Source: Candidatus Campbellbacteria bacterium (GTDB taxonomy: Bacteria > Patescibacteriota > Minisyncoccia > Phycocordibacterales > EsbW-18). From it: a DNA stretch of 57,377 bases. Position 1 is the stretch's first letter. Each line of letters starts with the position of its first letter. The stretch is taken from contig CP064977.1 of assembly GCA_016699465.1 (NCBI GenBank), positions 685,739-743,115 on the forward strand, in the 5' to 3' direction. Below the pieces are notes generated by a model. That model saw only the letters and a list, made by a program, of their open reading frames with translations. It was not told where the DNA came from and searched no databases. This document shows positions 52,425-57,377 of the stretch, piece by piece. Both the position numbers and the translations under genes were made by a program.

Positions 52425-53144
52425 ATGGAACAAAAAGGATTTTACCACCCACTGACTGCCGCTATTCGTGATTTTGAACGTATCTTCCGTGGCATGGGTT
52501 TTTCTGTGGCTACAGGGCCAGAAATTGAAGACGAGTGGCACAACTTCACAGCACTCAATGTTCCCAAGGACCACCCGGCACGTGATATGCAGGACACATT
52601 CTGGCTTCCAGACGGACGCGTCATGCGTACGCACACATCTCCCGTGCAAGTACGCTATATGGAGACACACAAGCCACCTATTCGTATTATTGTGCCCGGA
52701 AAGGTATATCGTAACGAGGCGACTGACATGACGCATGAAGCGCAGTTCTATCAACTCGAAGGGCTGGTTGTTTCAGAAGATACAACACTCGCACACTTGA
52801 AAGGTGTACTTGAAACTTTTTTCAGAGAATTTTTTGGTGGTAGTGTTGAAGTTCGACTTCGTCCCAGCTTCTTTGGATTTACTGAACCGTCAGTTGAAGT
52901 TGATATGCGACTTACCGGCGAACATGTGTCTCCAAAACTTCGCGACCGTTGGATTGAAGTGATGGGAGCAGGTATGGTGCATCCAAATGTGCTCAATAAT
53001 GCAGGTATTGATCCGAAACGTTACCAAGGGTTTGCTTTTGGTGGAGGTGTGGAGCGTCTCTGTATGCTCAAGTGGGGAATTGATGACGTGCGATTGTTCC
53101 ACACCGGGGATTTACGCCTAACCATGCAGTTTCCTACAGAATAA
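52425..53144 (+). CDS. pheS: Phenylalanyl-tRNA synthetase alpha subunit (minimal 239-aa form)
   Basis: ORF 52254..53144, start trimmed to ATG 52425 (9 nt after TATAAT 52410-52415); the longer form overlaps the divergent gene. HPARDMQDTFW, FRPSFFGFTEPS, GAGMVHPNVL, GFAFGGGVERL. Confidence 0.9.
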   Translation: MEQKGFYHPLTAAIRDFERIFRGMGFSVATGPEIEDEWHNFTALNVPKDHPARDMQDTFWLPDGRVMRTHTSPVQVRYMETHKPPIRIIVPGKVYRNEATDMTHEAQFYQLEGLVVSEDTTLAHLKGVLETFFREFFGGSVEVRLRPSFFGFTEPSVEVDMRLTGEHVSPKLRDRWIEVMGAGMVHPNVLNNAGIDPKRYQGFAFGGGVERLCMLKWGIDDVRLFHTGDLRLTMQFPTE

Positions 53145-53150
53145 TATGAA

Positions 53151-53273
53151 TCCCGTTAGAAATCACTCATGTATGTTCGTGCCCAATATTCAAAAAACGT
53201 CGATATATTATTCGTATACTCACGAAGGTGTGATAACAATGGAAACGCACCACGTTTCTAATTTCTAACGGGA
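53151..53273 (+). mobile_element. MITE-like inverted-repeat element, copy 3 (123 bp) between pheS and pheT
   Basis: TCCCGTTAGAAAT ... ATTTCTAACGGGA. The 14-bp perfect inverted repeat (53150-53163 vs 53261-53274) is flanked by a direct TGAA (53147-53150 and 53274-53277). Confidence 0.5.
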
Positions 53274-55696
53274 TGAAAGTTTCACGTGCATGGCTTCAAA
53301 CATTTTTTGAAAAACCACTTCCCGAAGTGAGTGAGCTTGAACATGTTCTCACATTCGGTGCATTTGAAATTGAGGGAACAGAAAAAGTTGGAGAAGATAC
53401 CGTGCTAGATGTGAAAGTGTTACCTAATCGTGCACACGATTGTTTGTGCCATCGGGGTATTGCAAAAGAATTCTCTGTTTTGTGCTCCATACCGTTATCG
53501 CACGATCCGCTGTCGGGTCCGGTTCCTTCGTTTGAAAAAAATGGAGTTCTACACGTTTCTGTTGAAAAAGAAAATGCGTGTCCTATATACCAAGCAGCTC
53601 TTGTGAAGGGTATTACCGTTGGCCCATCTCCGAAGTGGCTCTCAGAGCGACTCGAAACACTTGGTCAACGTTCAATAAACAATGTTGTTGATGCGACAAA
53701 CTTTGTCATGCTCGAACTCGGACAACCACTCCATGCATTTGATGCACAAAAGTTGGGAGATGCGGATGGCGCAAAATCAATTCGTGTGCGTATGGCACGT
53801 GCGGGGGAGAGTATCACTGTTCTTGGGGGCACAACGTACGAACTAGATGAAACTATTCAACTCATTACTGATGCATCAGGAGATACACCACTCGCAATTG
53901 CGGGTATTAAAGGTGGAAGTCAGGCAGAAGTGGATACAACAACGGTAGACATTGTTTTGGAATCAGCGAAGTTTCATCCAACACTCACGCGCAAGGCGTC
54001 GCAAAAATTAAAATTGCGCACTGATGCGTCACATCGTTTCGAAAATGAGATTCCCGATGAATTACCACTGTACGCACTTCAAGCTCTTGTTGCGCTTATT
54101 GTCGATGTGGCAGGAGGGCGCGTTAGTGGATATGGAGGTTTTGAGAGGGCTCGTGCGGCACTTCCATACAAGATCGGCATTTCATCACGTGAGGCAAATA
54201 AACTTCTTGGAACAGCTCTGTCAGACACCGAGCTCTCACAGATTTTTGATCGGTTTTCATTCTCGTATACAAAAATAGAAAATCCACGAGAGGTGATTGT
54301 GCAAAAAGCTCGAAGTGTCATTGGTGCTCCGTATAAGCGTATGGCACGAATTCGATATGATACCCCAGAGAGTTTCAACTGCTCGTCCTTGACTGCATGG
54401 TGTGCTATTGAGGCGGGATTTTCACTTGGTGTTGCGCGTATTGCAATTGATCAATATGCGTATCTCGATGAAATTACTGAGAGTGAACTCCAGCCGGGCG
54501 ATTTTGTATTTACTAACACAGAAGTGGTGCGTACTATTGACGGAGAAAATTATTCCACAGCCTTGGACAGAATGGTCAAAGACGAAGCAATACGGACACA
54601 TACACTTGAATATGTCCCAGGAACTGACGTGGGGCACGGTGTTGATCATATGGGTATCTATGTCGGTGATGGAAAAGTTGTTCACGCGTCATCCGATCTC
54701 GGTGGAGTTGTTGAAGAAGACCTTGCAACAAGTGCTATTTTTGCAAAAGAAAAATGGTATCGCCGACTAGTGTCTGATACGACGCCAAGATTCTCGGTTA
54801 CGGTGCCATTTGAGCGTATGGATATGCGTTTTAGCGCTGACGTGTGTGAAGAAATTGGACGAGTGTATGGCTACGAACATGTTCGCGCGCAAGACTTACC
54901 TACTGCGTCACACCGTGTTGAAGTAAATCCTATTTTCGTCGCTCAAGAAGTTGTACGTAAGGTTCTCGGTGAATGTGGATTTTTTGAAGTATATTCGTAC
55001 TCATTGTGTGAAAAAGGTGATATACAACTTGCAAATGCACTCGCAAGTGATAAGGCTTTTGTGAGAAGCTCGCTTGCATTGGGTATTGGTGAATCGCTCG
55101 CAAAGAATGAATACTATGCGCCGCTCCTCGGTCTTTCGGATGTAAAGATTTTTGAGATTGGAAACGTATACAATGCAACAGGAGAACATTTGCGCGTGTG
55201 TCTAGGTGTGCGTCCTCTTACTCAAGCAAAAAAATCTGAGAAGACAAACGCAATGCTTCTTGAGGCTAAAGAAAAACTCGAGTCGGCATTTGGCGTTGAT
55301 GTGAACGAATATATTTCTGAAGAGACGCTCGAGTTTGATCTTGGTGTTATTGCACAAACACATATCCTCACACAGCCGGAGTTTGCACCCGTTGCACAGG
55401 CTACTCAGTTTGTACCGATGTCATCGTATCCGTTTGTGTTGCGTGATATTGCAGTGTGGATTCCTGATGGTACAGGAAAGGGAGAAGATATTGTGGCTCT
55501 AGTAAAAGAGAAAGGTGGCACACTTTTTGTTCGTGCTGATTTATTTGATACGTTTACCAAAGATGGTCGCACATCGTACGCGTACCACCTTGTATTTCAG
55601 TCACGTGAAAAAACACTTTCAGATGAAGATATTAATAGCATTATGAATGCGGTCACGGAAGCATTGAATGCGCGTGATGGTTGGGTAGTACGATAG
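53273..55696 (+). CDS. pheT: Phenylalanyl-tRNA synthetase beta subunit carrying an inserted NlpC/P60-like domain
   Basis: B1 (MKVSRAWLQTFF...), B3_4 (NVVDATNFVMLELGQPLHAFD), a B5-like segment, core (FSADVCEEIGRVYGYEHV), and FDX-ACB C-terminus (FVLRDIAVWIP). The insert at aa 337-505 has GAPYKRM, FNCSSL, PGDFVF, HMGIYVGDGKVVHASS. Confidence 0.9.
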   Translation: MKVSRAWLQTFFEKPLPEVSELEHVLTFGAFEIEGTEKVGEDTVLDVKVLPNRAHDCLCHRGIAKEFSVLCSIPLSHDPLSGPVPSFEKNGVLHVSVEKENACPIYQAALVKGITVGPSPKWLSERLETLGQRSINNVVDATNFVMLELGQPLHAFDAQKLGDADGAKSIRVRMARAGESITVLGGTTYELDETIQLITDASGDTPLAIAGIKGGSQAEVDTTTVDIVLESAKFHPTLTRKASQKLKLRTDASHRFENEIPDELPLYALQALVALIVDVAGGRVSGYGGFERARAALPYKIGISSREANKLLGTALSDTELSQIFDRFSFSYTKIENPREVIVQKARSVIGAPYKRMARIRYDTPESFNCSSLTAWCAIEAGFSLGVARIAIDQYAYLDEITESELQPGDFVFTNTEVVRTIDGENYSTALDRMVKDEAIRTHTLEYVPGTDVGHGVDHMGIYVGDGKVVHASSDLGGVVEEDLATSAIFAKEKWYRRLVSDTTPRFSVTVPFERMDMRFSADVCEEIGRVYGYEHVRAQDLPTASHRVEVNPIFVAQEVVRKVLGECGFFEVYSYSLCEKGDIQLANALASDKAFVRSSLALGIGESLAKNEYYAPLLGLSDVKIFEIGNVYNATGEHLRVCLGVRPLTQAKKSEKTNAMLLEAKEKLESAFGVDVNEYISEETLEFDLGVIAQTHILTQPEFAPVAQATQFVPMSSYPFVLRDIAVWIPDGTGKGEDIVALVKEKGGTLFVRADLFDTFTKDGRTSYAYHLVFQSREKTLSDEDINSIMNAVTEALNARDGWVVR

Positions 55697-55697
55697 T

Positions 55698-56201
55698 ATG
55701 CGTTTAGATATTCCCTTTATTTCTCAGTACGATGCACGTGTTCCAGAAAGCTGGCGTCCACGTGCGTGTAGTGTGACAAATCTCTACATGGTTCTTTCGT
55801 TTTTTAATACTACGGAAAATGTAACCACTACGTCGCTCATTCAAGAAGGGGAGTCAATAGGTGCGTACGGTCCGCGTGGGTGGACACATGAAGGTATTGT
55901 TCGTCTTGCACGCAATCATGGAATACGTGCATATGCACAGGAATTTCGAAGCTCGAATACCACATGTGAGGAAAAGCTTACTACAGAAGGAATAGAAAAA
56001 ATCAAAGAAGTGCTTGCAAGCGGGTGTCCGACCATTGTATCTGTTCAAAAGGAAAACGGGTCGTACCACACGATTACTGTTGTGGGAGAGTCTGATGTGG
56101 GATTTCTCTGTCATGATCCTGAGATTGGTGAATATCAAGAAGTATCCTTAGAAACATTTCTCAAACGATGGAGAAAATTAGCCATTTTCTTTGAGGTATA
56201 A
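55698..56201 (+). CDS. Peptidase C39-like (C39_2/BtrH-type papain-fold) protein
   Basis: LDIPFISQ...RACSVTNLYMVLSFF (Cys region) and SYHTITVVGESDVGFLCHDP (His region). No signal peptide. Confidence 0.65.
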   Translation: MRLDIPFISQYDARVPESWRPRACSVTNLYMVLSFFNTTENVTTTSLIQEGESIGAYGPRGWTHEGIVRLARNHGIRAYAQEFRSSNTTCEEKLTTEGIEKIKEVLASGCPTIVSVQKENGSYHTITVVGESDVGFLCHDPEIGEYQEVSLETFLKRWRKLAIFFEV

Positions 56202-56269
56202 GCATACTAAAACCCTTTATTTTTGGACCGTTTTTTGCTATACTGAACAAGTCAAAGTTATCATTTTTC

Positions 56270-57377
56270 ATGCCTAAAAAGACCGAACCAAAAATAAAAG
56301 AATCGTCGTATACAGCATCAGACATCACTGTTCTCGAGGGTCTTGATCCAGTACGAAAGCGTCCGGGTATGTACATCGGTACGACTGGTCCTGATGGATT
56401 ACACCACCTTATCACTGAGGTGTTTGATAACTCACGCGATGAAGCGATGGGTGGATATGCAAATGATATTGAGATTGTACTTCTTCCAGGAAAACGTGTT
56501 CGTGTGACGGACAACGGTCGTGGTATTCCCGTCGACAAGCATAAACAGACAGGTGTTTCTGCCCTTCAAACCATCATGACGGTTCTCCACGCGGGAGGAA
56601 AATTTGGTGGTGAAGGATATAAAGTTTCGGGAGGATTGCACGGGGTGGGAGTATCTGTGGTGAACGCACTCTCAAGTTACATGCGCACTGACGTCTATCG
56701 CGACGGAGGGCACTACATGCAGGAATATCATCAAGGTAAGCCAAAAGGCAGTACGAAAAAACTGGAGAGTTCTAATTTGCGTGGAACGACACAGACGTTC
56801 GAGGCAGATCCAGAAATTTTTCCAGAAATTGTGTACAACTGGGACAAGATTGTTAACCACATGCGCCAACAGGCGTACTTGGTGCGCGGATTGCGTATTG
56901 CAGTGATAGACGCACGAGAAGCGGGTGACACGGTAGATTTTAATGAAACAATGTACACACGAGATCTCGGGCTCGATGTGCCATCAATGACGTTTTACTT
57001 TGAAGGTGGGCTTATTTCATTCATTCGACACCAAAATGAATTTCAGAAATCATTGCACAAAACTATTTTCTTTGTTGAAAAAGAACAAGAGGGTGTTGAT
57101 GTTGAAGTTGCATTGCAATACGTTGATGATGTTACGAATCACATTTTTGCGTTTGCAAACAATACGTACAACAGTGAAGGGGGAACACACATCACTGGAT
57201 TTAAGACTGCACTAACTCGAACCCTCAACATATACGCAAAGAAAACAAATATTTTAAAGGAATCAGACGGCCCGTTTTCTGGAGATGATGTGCTCGAGGG
57301 GCTCTCTGCTGTCGTGTCTGTAAAACTTCGAGAGATTCAATTCGAAGGTCAAACAAAAGCAAAACTGGGAAGTGTTG
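56270..57377 (+). CDS. gyrB: DNA gyrase subunit B (3' end outside window)
   Basis: Frame open from ATG 56270 to the window edge. YTASDITVLEGLDPVRKRPGMYIGTTG, GLHHLITEVFDNSRDEA, DNGRGIPVD, GGLHGVGVSVVNALS. Preceded by the extended -10 TGcTATACT. Confidence 0.95.
   Translation, partial: MPKKTEPKIKESSYTASDITVLEGLDPVRKRPGMYIGTTGPDGLHHLITEVFDNSRDEAMGGYANDIEIVLLPGKRVRVTDNGRGIPVDKHKQTGVSALQTIMTVLHAGGKFGGEGYKVSGGLHGVGVSVVNALSSYMRTDVYRDGGHYMQEYHQGKPKGSTKKLESSNLRGTTQTFEADPEIFPEIVYNWDKIVNHMRQQAYLVRGLRIAVIDAREAGDTVDFNETMYTRDLGLDVPSMTFYFEGGLISFIRHQNEFQKSLHKTIFFVEKEQEGVDVEVALQYVDDVTNHIFAFANNTYNSEGGTHITGFKTALTRTLNIYAKKTNILKESDGPFSGDDVLEGLSAVVSVKLREIQFEGQTKAKLGSV

Overview
A 57.4-kb chromosomal segment from a small-genome bacterium of moderate-to-low G+C. 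By gene content it looks like Patescibacteria/CPR (Parcubacteria-like): split transketolase, very short EF-Ts and PheS, a DUF5679 zinc ribbon, giant surface proteins, and many genes whose ATG sits 5-9 nt after a -10 box with no Shine-Dalgarno. The taxon is an inference. Almost everything is on the + strand. In order: (1) a surface-glycan locus (three methyltransferases, exostosin-like, GT4 and GT2 transferases, a Wzx-like flippase, and an O-antigen-ligase-like/TPR membrane protein); (2) a 1953-aa Ser/Thr/Gly-rich secreted protein with a phage tail-fibre-type S74 intramolecular-chaperone domain and near-identical internal repeats; (3) housekeeping genes murB, secA, obg, gatB; (4) central carbon genes gap, rpiB, rpe, tkt-N/tkt-C, a PfkB kinase, fba, glycerate 2-kinase, ppsA, a D-2-hydroxyacid dehydrogenase, eno; (5) two secreted proteins (coiled-coil lytic transglycosylase; delta-60/beta-propeller plus Ig-like); (6) translation genes rplY, typA, a DEAD-box helicase, csp, rpmE, prfA, rpsB, tsf, tRNA-Thr(UGU), pheS, pheT; then a C39-like peptidase and the 5' part of gyrB. 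I saw no rRNA, CRISPR array, transposase or integrase. The most unusual observations are: (a) a dispersed inverted-repeat (MITE-like) element family sitting exactly on start codons (fba, pheT, the delta-60 gene) and rebuilding the ATG from its own terminal base; (b) an NlpC/P60 hydrolase domain inserted inside PheT, followed by a C39-like peptidase gene; (c) the glycosylation locus next to the tail-fibre-like giant protein; (d) three unrelated small minus-strand genes that are G+C-richer and carry canonical SD sites.
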